Source of the DNA: a virus
Lineage: Duplodnaviria; Caudoviricetes
Length of the DNA stretch: 54,653 bases
Strand: one strand, 5' to 3'
IMG/VR virus record: IMGVR_UViG_3300043446_003430
Span: 1-54,653 of that record
Shown here: piece after piece, positions 1 to 7,804 of the stretch
How the letters are laid out: every line of letters starts with the position of its first letter
How positions within the stretch are numbered: position 1 is the stretch's first letter
Translations under genes and position numbers: made by a program
The notes under the pieces: generated by a model
What the model was told of the DNA's origin: nothing
Database searches by the model: none
What the model saw: only the letters and a program-made list of their open reading frames with translations

Positions 1-326
1 CCTGCAAAGGCAGAAAGCAATTTTAGATTGTTTGCTCCAATGATACTGAAATCAGTATTGTTGCCGTCGCCTATTTGGCGCATTTCGAAGAATATATTGT
101 CTCCGGTTATGTTGCTTGGCAAAGCAAATGATCCGATTCTATTCGACGCTCCACTTTGAATGAAGGTCGTGTCACCACCAGTTGTGATCTGGTTGACGTA
201 TATCATGTTTCCGGAAGAATTGCCCGCTGTTGCAGACAATGCTCCCGGCGTTTGTGCCATAACTGTTGAAAACAGTCCTAAGACTGCTGTAAAGAATATA
301 AACTTTACTATGTTTTTTGTGTTCAT
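1..326 (-). CDS. Secreted curlin-like protein (CsgA/CsgB-like), partial, runs off the left edge
   Basis: Not in the ORF track. Hand translation from ATG 326: MNTKNIVKFIFFTAVLGLFSTVMA-QTPGALSATAGNSSGNMIYVNQITTGGDTTFIQSGASNRIG...FEMRQIGDGNNTDFSIIGANN. It has a Sec signal peptide and Q-x-G-x-x-N curlin-type repeats, and overlaps the csgG stop (ATGA). Confidence 0.7.
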   Translation of the reverse strand, partial: MNTKNIVKFIFFTAVLGLFSTVMAQTPGALSATAGNSSGNMIYVNQITTGGDTTFIQSGASNRIGSFALPSNITGDNIFFEMRQIGDGNNTDFSIIGANNLKLLSAFA

Positions 327-1126
327 GGTTTTTTACTCTCCTGTTTGAATTTCCAGATGTTCATTTTTTCACCCTGATAGATAATGTCTATCACGGCTTT
401 TTCTATGGCGCTTCGAACCGCAATTGTATTTGGTTCGTTGGCGGTTATGCCAAGTTCGGATTCTACGGGTATGGTCCCGTGCTCGTAGAACTTGAATAGA
501 TTGCCATTCAAGGCAACACTGGAAATTGTCTTAGTTACTGCAACACTTAAAAGTATTTCTCCTGTTTGCACACTCACAAATCTTAATGATACTGTTACAA
601 CATCCTTACGATATTGTGTTGTGCCAGATATGCCAAGCACACTTGCTCCTGCTCCTCCTGTAAGAATATTACTGTCGTATCCTATAATTCCACCTTCAGC
701 AAGTATTCCTGCAAATAACATTGGTGCCAATTTTTCCGAGTTCTTTCCTTGAAAACTTTCTCTCGTTTGCAAAATGAGTTGTCGCTCCTTGATTACATTA
801 TCAAGACTTGTTCTTTCAAGAACTTGAAACCAACTTCCGTTTCCTGCTTGTCTTAATGCGTCAATCAGCCAACTTTCTGCTCCTTGTGTGACTGCCGCAG
901 AAAACGAAGCATAGTTATCAGCTACTTTTCTTGCACCAGTCTTGTCGGCAAATCCATAAACACCGATGGTTATTCTTGGACCATCTATATTTGGCAAACC
1001 ATTCAACTCCTTTTCCATCGGAGAGGTCTGAGTTTTTGGCTGTTCAAGTATTCCTGGTTTACTTTTTATAGAAGCACACCCACTTAGTAACAGAATTGAT
1101 AATATGAAAAGAACATACTTTTTCAT
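323..1126 (-). CDS. csgG: Curli secretion channel lipoprotein CsgG
   Basis: Start moved to 1126 (MKKYVLFILSILLLSGC lipobox; ATGA overlap with csgF). CsgG motifs: VYGFADKTG, SAAVTQGA, WFQVLER..LDNVIKERQLI, EGGIIGYDSN, QYRKDVVTVSLR, NEP...AVRSAIEKAV. Confidence 0.93.
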   Translation of the reverse strand: MKKYVLFILSILLLSGCASIKSKPGILEQPKTQTSPMEKELNGLPNIDGPRITIGVYGFADKTGARKVADNYASFSAAVTQGAESWLIDALRQAGNGSWFQVLERTSLDNVIKERQLILQTRESFQGKNSEKLAPMLFAGILAEGGIIGYDSNILTGGAGASVLGISGTTQYRKDVVTVSLRFVSVQTGEILLSVAVTKTISSVALNGNLFKFYEHGTIPVESELGITANEPNTIAVRSAIEKAVIDIIYQGEKMNIWKFKQESKKP

Positions 1127-1587
1127 CCGTTTGGTGGTGGGGTTAAGGAACCGACTGGTACGGTTATTTGCGTAGTACTTCCACTTACTGGGTCTATTAT
1201 ATAAAGTGTGGCAAAATCTCCGTTTCTTTGCCAAGTAATAGTTGCGCCGCCTTGAAGATTTATAATACCGAATGTTTGACCGCTTGCGTTGAATATCTGG
1301 TCAGTAACTTGAGAAGCCAGTTGAGAGTATATTCTGGCTTGAAGATTGTTTATAAACGTGTTTAAAGGGGTATTCTGAGCCTGTATGATGGCTTGTTGGG
1401 CTTCGTTCTTGGCGGTGTCTTTGATGGATTGCTTGCGTGTTCTTGCAAGATTTTCCATAGTCATAGCTGTGCTGGAGTATCCCACACCATTAAATGTGGC
1501 AGATTTGAAGCCATGAACCATATCACTTGGGTATAAATTCCCAACTAAACAGGTCGCCAATACTACTAATAACACATTATATCTCAT
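1123..1587 (-). CDS. csgF: Curli assembly protein CsgF
   Basis: Signal peptide followed by MVHGFKSATFNG, FINNLQARIYSQL and C-terminal DPVSGSTTQITVP, which match the CsgF layout. Directly upstream of csgG. Confidence 0.85.
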   Translation of the reverse strand: MRYNVLLVVLATCLVGNLYPSDMVHGFKSATFNGVGYSSTAMTMENLARTRKQSIKDTAKNEAQQAIIQAQNTPLNTFINNLQARIYSQLASQVTDQIFNASGQTFGIINLQGGATITWQRNGDFATLYIIDPVSGSTTQITVPVGSLTPPPNG

Positions 1588-1651
1588 ACATTATAGATAT
1601 AATATATACAAACAATACCGTTATAATATTTTTATATACGTGTATATATCT

Positions 1652-1891
1652 TCAAGATTCTGGCTTGAACAATTCGTCTATCTGTTTCTTGTTGTCTGGT
1701 TGATTTGGAAACTTTCCTAATACCATTGTGCAATGTGCGGCTAAAAGTCCTTCACAATAACCTTTCCACCATTCAAGTTTCCTGCCTTCTCGCTTGGCAT
1801 ATGGTTCAAGTTTTTGTTTAGCATCATTCAACATCTCTTCAATGAGAATGTCGGCGGCAAGATAGCCACGAATGCGGTCATCGTTTTTCAT
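1652..1891 (-). CDS. Hypothetical protein (79 aa)
   Basis: ATGA-coupled to the RNA ligase gene; no recognised motif. Confidence 0.6.
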   Translation of the reverse strand: MKNDDRIRGYLAADILIEEMLNDAKQKLEPYAKREGRKLEWWKGYCEGLLAAHCTMVLGKFPNQPDNKKQIDELFKPES

Positions 1892-2910
1892 TCTTTATAC
1901 TTCTCCAAGTAACGATTGCTGATGGTCTTGAAACTCATACGACCCTTCAATACTTCACTGTATGTTTCGCATATTGGACGCCAAACAATGCCTTCAGCGG
2001 GAGTGCCGTTTGCATAATTCAAATTGCTGGCAATATTCAAAAGATAATCCACATCCTTTAAGCCAAGGTTTGCGGCGAAATCAAGTTTATATACACACTT
2101 TACAACTTTCAACCCGTGCTTTTGAGCAAAAGAGCATAGTTCGGTATAACCGAGATACTTGCCACTATCAATGTCAAACAAGTTGAACAAGTATAGTTCG
2201 ACTTCCTTGAGACCAAGACGATTTGCTTGAATGCCCGTACCAACCATTTCACCTTGAACACAAAGATTGCGAGATTCACTGCGAAGAATCTCTTCAAGTT
2301 TCAGCTTGCGAGCCATCTTCCAATGTGCATTATCTTCTGTTTCCTTTAGGTTGAGGTTACGAGAACACACGCCAAACTCATCGTCCCTTCTATATGCAGT
2401 AAAACTTGTGCCGTCCATTTTGAGTGTGCCAATAAGCACAAGACCTTTTGATATTGCTTCATCAAGAACTCTTGGTTCGGATTGTAATCTGACTTCATCA
2501 GTTTTATGTAGAAATGCTGGGAAATTGCCCTTGACGGTTCCAGATAGATGGGCAGGAATGACAGGTTCGTATTTTTCGACACCAACAATGTTTGTTACAT
2601 CCTGTCCAACTTCATATTCACCTTGAGGTAATAAACTAATCGGTAAAGCCAATCCTTGTGAAAGTTGCCCACGAAGGCGGATTGTTTTGACACGAAGTGG
2701 TTTGTCTTTCTCTTTGCGAAGATGGTCGTTCCAAGAAGCAATAGGAAGAACACTATCAATTTCAAAATATACACATTTGTCCCCGACATTGAACTCATTC
2801 TTTTTGACCACACATTCCCATCCAAGCACCTTGGCACAAAGAATGGCATCTGCCCCAGCAATAGGCTTGAGGTCGGATATTACTTGGATTGATGCGAGTT
2901 TTCGGTCCAT
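1888..2910 (-). CDS. ATP-dependent RNA ligase, DRB0094/Rnl5 family
   Basis: Start moved to MDRKLASIQ (2910). N-terminal OB-like module (PIAGADAI, GWECVVKK, YFEIDS, RLRGQLSQG) plus nucleotidyltransferase motifs KMDGTS, QGE, FNLFD, EGIVWR, FKTIS. Confidence 0.9.
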   Translation of the reverse strand: MDRKLASIQVISDLKPIAGADAILCAKVLGWECVVKKNEFNVGDKCVYFEIDSVLPIASWNDHLRKEKDKPLRVKTIRLRGQLSQGLALPISLLPQGEYEVGQDVTNIVGVEKYEPVIPAHLSGTVKGNFPAFLHKTDEVRLQSEPRVLDEAISKGLVLIGTLKMDGTSFTAYRRDDEFGVCSRNLNLKETEDNAHWKMARKLKLEEILRSESRNLCVQGEMVGTGIQANRLGLKEVELYLFNLFDIDSGKYLGYTELCSFAQKHGLKVVKCVYKLDFAANLGLKDVDYLLNIASNLNYANGTPAEGIVWRPICETYSEVLKGRMSFKTISNRYLEKYKE

Positions 2911-2980
2911 AACATACCAGAATACAATATAATAATAGTTTGTCAATATTTTTTTATTTATACCATCTTAGTTATATCAT

Positions 2981-3823
2981 ATGTCGTTGAGCGAAAAAAT
3001 ACTATTGGCTGGTCCTTGGGTAGGTGAATTTGGCTATGAATTGTTTTGTTGGCAGGCTTATGTCAGGAAATTGTCAAGAAAATTTGATAAAACCATAGTG
3101 ATGAGTAGACCTGGTCACAAATACCTCTACGAGGATTTTTGCAGCGAATATATAGAATTTGATCCAAAGAGCTATAAAACCAGAAAGCATCAGTGTTTTG
3201 AATTTGATCCAGAGGTTGACGAAGATACACCGGCAAAAAATGTGACAATAGATGCAGCCAAAGATATTATTAAAAATACACATCATACATTTTATCTGGA
3301 TGGGAATTTTGATATCGGAATGAGATATAATGCAAAAAGAGGAGTAATAGACACGCAAGATTTATTCTTTAAGGAACAGGAATATCACAAATATGATTTC
3401 AAAGGAAGCCTGTCATTTGATTTAATATTTCATTGCAGAAACAAATCAACAGGAAAGGAAAGAAACTGGGGACTTTACAATTGGAAAAAATTATATGAGT
3501 CTTTACCAAAAAATTTAAATATTGCATGTATAGGAAACAAGGAAGCATTTTATATAGAAGGGACCACCGATTTAAGAGGTATAGACACAAAGGAATTGGT
3601 AGGAGCAATAAATAACACCAAACTTATATTGGGACCAAGCAGCGGACCTATGCATCTAGCCAGTTTGTGTGGAGCAACTCACCTAGTATGGAGCGCGGAA
3701 TGCAATAGAATAAGATATGAAAGAGATTGGAATCCATTCAAAACCAAAGTTATTTTTTATAGCAGAGAGGGGTGGTGCCCCAACCCAGAAGAGATAAATA
3801 AACTAATTTTGACCCATATTTGA
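2981..3823 (+). CDS. GT9 (heptosyltransferase-like) glycosyltransferase
   Basis: GPWVGEFG at the N-terminus, RNW, DLRG, and GPSSGPMHLASLCG (GT9 D/S-S-G-P-M-H-L-A signature). Confidence 0.75.
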   Translation: MSLSEKILLAGPWVGEFGYELFCWQAYVRKLSRKFDKTIVMSRPGHKYLYEDFCSEYIEFDPKSYKTRKHQCFEFDPEVDEDTPAKNVTIDAAKDIIKNTHHTFYLDGNFDIGMRYNAKRGVIDTQDLFFKEQEYHKYDFKGSLSFDLIFHCRNKSTGKERNWGLYNWKKLYESLPKNLNIACIGNKEAFYIEGTTDLRGIDTKELVGAINNTKLILGPSSGPMHLASLCGATHLVWSAECNRIRYERDWNPFKTKVIFYSREGWCPNPEEINKLILTHI

Positions 3824-3856
3824 AGGCTTTATATATATTTATTATAACAAGAACAT

Positions 3857-5440
3857 ATGATTTCACTACTTTCTTTAATCAACGAAGCTTTGGGCGGCAA
3901 GGAATTTTACGATCAACTCGTAAGTCCGTCATTCAAATCGCAGGACACATTTCCTGTAAAGATGGATTTCGTCGTTGATAACAAGAAAGTAGAAGTAAGC
4001 ATTCCCGTCAAGATCACTATGAAAAACCTCCAGCGTGAGGTTGAGCAGTATATGAAGGCTCCTCCGGAAATGAAAGCAAAGCTGGACACATATGCATATT
4101 GGTATGACAATTTCAACAAGCTTGTTTTCCAAAGTATGGGAGAAAGTGATGCTTGCTTGTTTTTGGCGGCTTGCGGATATTGTTCTGCCAATACTGCTCT
4201 TGATCAAAACATTCTTGAAGCGGCCAAACTTTATACAGCAACCAAGAAAGACTTTGCAACAGCGGAAGGAAAACAAGCACTTGAAGCCATTTCATCGAAC
4301 GTAAAGAGTAATCTGAAAGACGCTGATCTTGCGTTCCTAGCCAGATATCCAAATAGTGCTTATGCCAATCTATTGCTGCCAAAGAAAGATTACTCTGGCA
4401 AGAAGATTGAAAAAGGAGCCAAGAAGGGTCAAGATGACATCTTCAGCGAAATTACAGTTTCAAACGCAAAGATTCCAAACTTCAACACATATGTGAAGTA
4501 TTATCTCCAGCACAACGGCGAAGTATCAAAAGAGCAGCTTTACAAGGATCTTGAGTCCGGCGCATTCACAATCAGCGGCACCAAGATCAACTCATTCCTT
4601 ATCAACCTCATATTCCCAGGCAAGAAATGGGCAGGCAAGATTGACCCAGCCACCATTGATCGTTGGATGATACGAGTGTTCTTTGATGAACCATTGAAAC
4701 ATATGGTTGATAATGAAATCGGTGATTGGATCAACCATCTACCGGATGAAAGTGGCGAAGAACAAGTTGACGAAAAAGAAAAGAAACCAAAGCTTTCGCC
4801 GGAAGAGCAGCTGCTTGCCAAGAAAAAGAAGGCACTTGAGGCAAAGAAGAAAGCTATCGTGAATAGTATAGTGATGAAACTGTTTGGTGATGATGTCATT
4901 CGCCAGAACCTTGTGAAGATACTTCATGAGGAAGCAAACAAGATTGGTCTTACATCATATCAGCTACAGGCACTTGCTTGGGTCAACATTCGTGAAAGAT
5001 ATGAGGAACCAGCCGCCAAGTTCGCAAAGTTTGAAGATGTTATGGATTATGCACAGGAAGCCGCCAACACAATCATGGCAATAGATCCAAACACAAACTC
5101 CGTGATGAACACCATCAAGATTCTTTCATCCGGTCCAAGATTCAAGTTCACCAATCCAGCACAGGTTGTTGATACTATTGAGAATGCTGGCAGATATGAA
5201 AAGGTATATGTGTTGCCGCCAAAGATTGTAAAGGACAAGAAGGAAAAGGGCTCAACCATACAATATGAGAAACTCAAGGTGGGTCTGATTGATGACAACA
5301 AGGCAGACATATATGACCTCAAGGTCTCAAAGAAAAAGCCAATTCATACAGTAAATGGTGCTTCCAAATCAGAAACACTGAACAATGCGTTGAAGTGGAT
5401 TATGGCATATAATCCACCGCAAGCAGCGAAAAATCCATAA
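3857..5440 (+). CDS. Phage protein with a helical DNA-glycosylase-like (HhH-type) core and a Glu-terminated leader
   Basis: Motifs WYDNF, CSANT..DQN, GTKINSFLIN, ATIDRWMIR, YQLQALAW resemble a widespread phage HhH-glycosylase-like family. Leader MISLLSLINE. Function inferred only. Confidence 0.5.
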   Translation: MISLLSLINEALGGKEFYDQLVSPSFKSQDTFPVKMDFVVDNKKVEVSIPVKITMKNLQREVEQYMKAPPEMKAKLDTYAYWYDNFNKLVFQSMGESDACLFLAACGYCSANTALDQNILEAAKLYTATKKDFATAEGKQALEAISSNVKSNLKDADLAFLARYPNSAYANLLLPKKDYSGKKIEKGAKKGQDDIFSEITVSNAKIPNFNTYVKYYLQHNGEVSKEQLYKDLESGAFTISGTKINSFLINLIFPGKKWAGKIDPATIDRWMIRVFFDEPLKHMVDNEIGDWINHLPDESGEEQVDEKEKKPKLSPEEQLLAKKKKALEAKKKAIVNSIVMKLFGDDVIRQNLVKILHEEANKIGLTSYQLQALAWVNIRERYEEPAAKFAKFEDVMDYAQEAANTIMAIDPNTNSVMNTIKILSSGPRFKFTNPAQVVDTIENAGRYEKVYVLPPKIVKDKKEKGSTIQYEKLKVGLIDDNKADIYDLKVSKKKPIHTVNGASKSETLNNALKWIMAYNPPQAAKNP

Positions 5441-5450
5441 TAGCTGCTGA

Positions 5451-5669
5451 TTACAGCCACTTTTTCACATCGTCGCTGTTTTTATATTTTCCGGTCTTAG
5501 CAGCATCCTTGACTTGCTTGGCAACAGCCTTATCAAGTTCCTTGGCCATTATATTTACAGGATGCATATCATACAGCTTTCCGCCGTCAGTAAGATAATA
5601 ACGATTTTCTCCAGACTCAAGTCTTACAACCTTGTTGTCTGTAAAAAATACAGCATCGTCAATCTTCAT
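5451..5669 (-). CDS. Hypothetical protein (72 aa)
   Basis: ATGA-coupled to the upstream 2H gene. Confidence 0.6.
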   Translation of the reverse strand: MKIDDAVFFTDNKVVRLESGENRYYLTDGGKLYDMHPVNIMAKELDKAVAKQVKDAAKTGKYKNSDDVKKWL

Positions 5670-6067
5670 TGCATTTCTTTTACTTCACCACTTAGCTTGA
5701 ACGATGCATCAACCGGAGTCCAAACCGCAATCTTATTGCTGTCTACTGCCTTACCACCGTCTTTTACATTAACCGCTACAGTGATATGTGGAATAAGATT
5801 CTTGCTATAAAAACCGACTACTCGCACTGCAATAGCATTGTCGCTAACACCATAATGGGTCACATCAAGCTTTTGACTTGTGCCAAGATATTGCTGTAAA
5901 AAGGCTGGTGTATTGCCCATAGCAATCGTCATATGATGACAAACCAGCTTCCAACCGTTGTCTCGTAATAGAACAGGAAGACGAACACCATTCACTTTGA
6001 TGTTGTCTTCTGCCCACTTGACAAGTTTCAAGTGGGATTTTTCATCTAAAACGACTGCGGTATACAT
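5666..6067 (-). CDS. 2H phosphoesterase (2',3'-cyclic phosphodiesterase-like)
   Basis: Two H-x-T motifs: CHHMTI and PHITVAV. Confidence 0.8.
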   Translation of the reverse strand: MYTAVVLDEKSHLKLVKWAEDNIKVNGVRLPVLLRDNGWKLVCHHMTIAMGNTPAFLQQYLGTSQKLDVTHYGVSDNAIAVRVVGFYSKNLIPHITVAVNVKDGGKAVDSNKIAVWTPVDASFKLSGEVKEMQ

Positions 6068-6071
6068 ATGC

Positions 6072-7025
6072 TTATTTGATTGCTCTAAGGATGTTGATCA
6101 CCGTAGCCATGAAGTTGATCTCCTTGTCTACGACAGAAGCATCGTGAAACTGACCCTCTGCTAAAATAAGTATAACATCGGCTTGGTTTTCGGGGGCATA
6201 ATCAGATACCTTTTCATACATCTCTGTATATAGATCGCTGAAGTTCTTCAGTCCATTATCAGCGACCAATTGACGGATGTTGGAGAACGCTTCTTTCCTG
6301 TTTGTATTCTTCAACATCTCGACCAACTTGGACTTGATATCACCTTGCAATACATCCTCTTTGGCAAGTTTAAGCTCACCATCGATCACGCCGCGCTGTG
6401 CGGTATTGATAATGGCGCGAATATCGGGATAGTGACTGTTGACGAGCAACACCACACCATCCTTGTCAAACTTGATCTTTTCAGACTTGAGAATGTTTAC
6501 AATGTTGGCGGCAACATCCTTCTTGGTAGGAGGATGAATTGCATATGCTTGGCATCTGGACTGGATCGGTTCGGTGATGCGTTCATGATAGTTACAAGTC
6601 AGGATGAACCGAGTGTTCATACTATATGTTTCCATCGTGTTACGCAGACCAGCTTGACCCGCCGCAGTAAGATAATCAGCCTCGTCAAGAATGATCACCT
6701 TCAGACCATTGAATCCAATCGTGGAGGCGAAGTTCTTGATCTTTACACGAATCGTGTCAATGCCGTTATCGTCAGAAGCATTGATGTAGAGCACATCGCA
6801 CTTGATGCTTTTCGTGATAAGTTTAGCCAGAGTAGTCTTGCCAGTACCCGCGCCACCATATAAGAGAAGATGAGGAATATCATTTTCTTTGATGTATTGT
6901 TTTACCTTTTCCTTGAGCGTATCGTTGCCGACATAATCTTCCAGCTTTGTGGGACGATACTTCTCGCACCACAAACTATGCTCGACATTCTCGGTTTTCT
7001 TTTCGTTTTCTTCCAAGAAGTTCAT
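6072..7025 (-). CDS. Clamp loader AAA+ subunit (RFC small / T4 gp44-like)
   Basis: Start moved to MNFLEEN (7025). WCEKYRP, Walker A GGAGTGKTT, NASDD, Walker B IILDEAD, SRC motif. Confidence 0.95.
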   Translation of the reverse strand: MNFLEENEKKTENVEHSLWCEKYRPTKLEDYVGNDTLKEKVKQYIKENDIPHLLLYGGAGTGKTTLAKLITKSIKCDVLYINASDDNGIDTIRVKIKNFASTIGFNGLKVIILDEADYLTAAGQAGLRNTMETYSMNTRFILTCNYHERITEPIQSRCQAYAIHPPTKKDVAANIVNILKSEKIKFDKDGVVLLVNSHYPDIRAIINTAQRGVIDGELKLAKEDVLQGDIKSKLVEMLKNTNRKEAFSNIRQLVADNGLKNFSDLYTEMYEKVSDYAPENQADVILILAEGQFHDASVVDKEINFMATVINILRAIK

Positions 7026-7026
7026 C

Positions 7027-7755
7027 TTAGTTGTCAATTTCCTTCTTGATAAGGAAGTATGAAGCATCAAATTCCTTGCTACTGAAAGAGATGTTGGAAA
7101 TACCAGCGGTGGCGACCTTGAACACAATTCCGCCCATCCCGCGACACTTGCTCACGATCTCCTTGAAATAGTTGGCGTTGAAACTGATAGGCTTGTCGAG
7201 CTTATCCTTGCCAGCAATAGGAGCCACATCCAGCTTGATACGGCTTGTATTCACGCTGCTATAACCAATCACCAGTTCCATCTTATCCTTCTTGTTCATA
7301 AGAAGAGTAAATGTCTCGGCGTCGGTCAATGCGCCCTTGGCCTTGATATACTTGTCGATGAAGTTGTCATCCATAGGAATTTCAACGTCATAAGACTTGA
7401 TTTCCTTTACCTTTGGAGCGGCGGGAATAATAGACAAATCCGCGAGCAGAACGGTGGAATCGGTGGAGCCATCTGACACGGACCAACTGATTGCACGATC
7501 ATCGATCTTGTTGACAGACACATTGATGGTATCTTCAAGAACACTGATCATCTTCTTGAGTTGGGCAGTATCATAAATACCATATTCTCCCTTGTCGATC
7601 TTGATGGCAGAGAACGAAACAATGCCAGCCAGCGTCTTGTCCTCGGACACAAAGTTGGTCTTTACACCATCTCCGTCCGATACGATCTTCACGGATTCAA
7701 TCGTTCCGTTCAGGTTATATAGTTCGATGAACTTGCTTAGTTCTGTTTTATTCAT
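7027..7755 (-). CDS. DNA sliding clamp (gp45-like)
   Basis: 242 aa, beta-rich two-domain pattern, located between PolB and the clamp loader. Call relies mainly on synteny and size. Confidence 0.7.
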   Translation of the reverse strand: MNKTELSKFIELYNLNGTIESVKIVSDGDGVKTNFVSEDKTLAGIVSFSAIKIDKGEYGIYDTAQLKKMISVLEDTINVSVNKIDDRAISWSVSDGSTDSTVLLADLSIIPAAPKVKEIKSYDVEIPMDDNFIDKYIKAKGALTDAETFTLLMNKKDKMELVIGYSSVNTSRIKLDVAPIAGKDKLDKPISFNANYFKEIVSKCRGMGGIVFKVATAGISNISFSSKEFDASYFLIKKEIDN

Positions 7756-7804
7756 AATAGTAGAGTGTGAATATATTGGCTTGTTTTTATAAACTTGTCA
7801 AGCA

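Noticed and set aside
1127-1234. Upstream extensions given by the ORF track (csgG to 1234; also 2946, 7127, 15161, 35075, 35964, 39292, 42034)
   Set aside because: They overlap neighbouring genes or promoters. Downstream ATGs give a proper signal peptide, ATGA coupling or family-typical N-termini.
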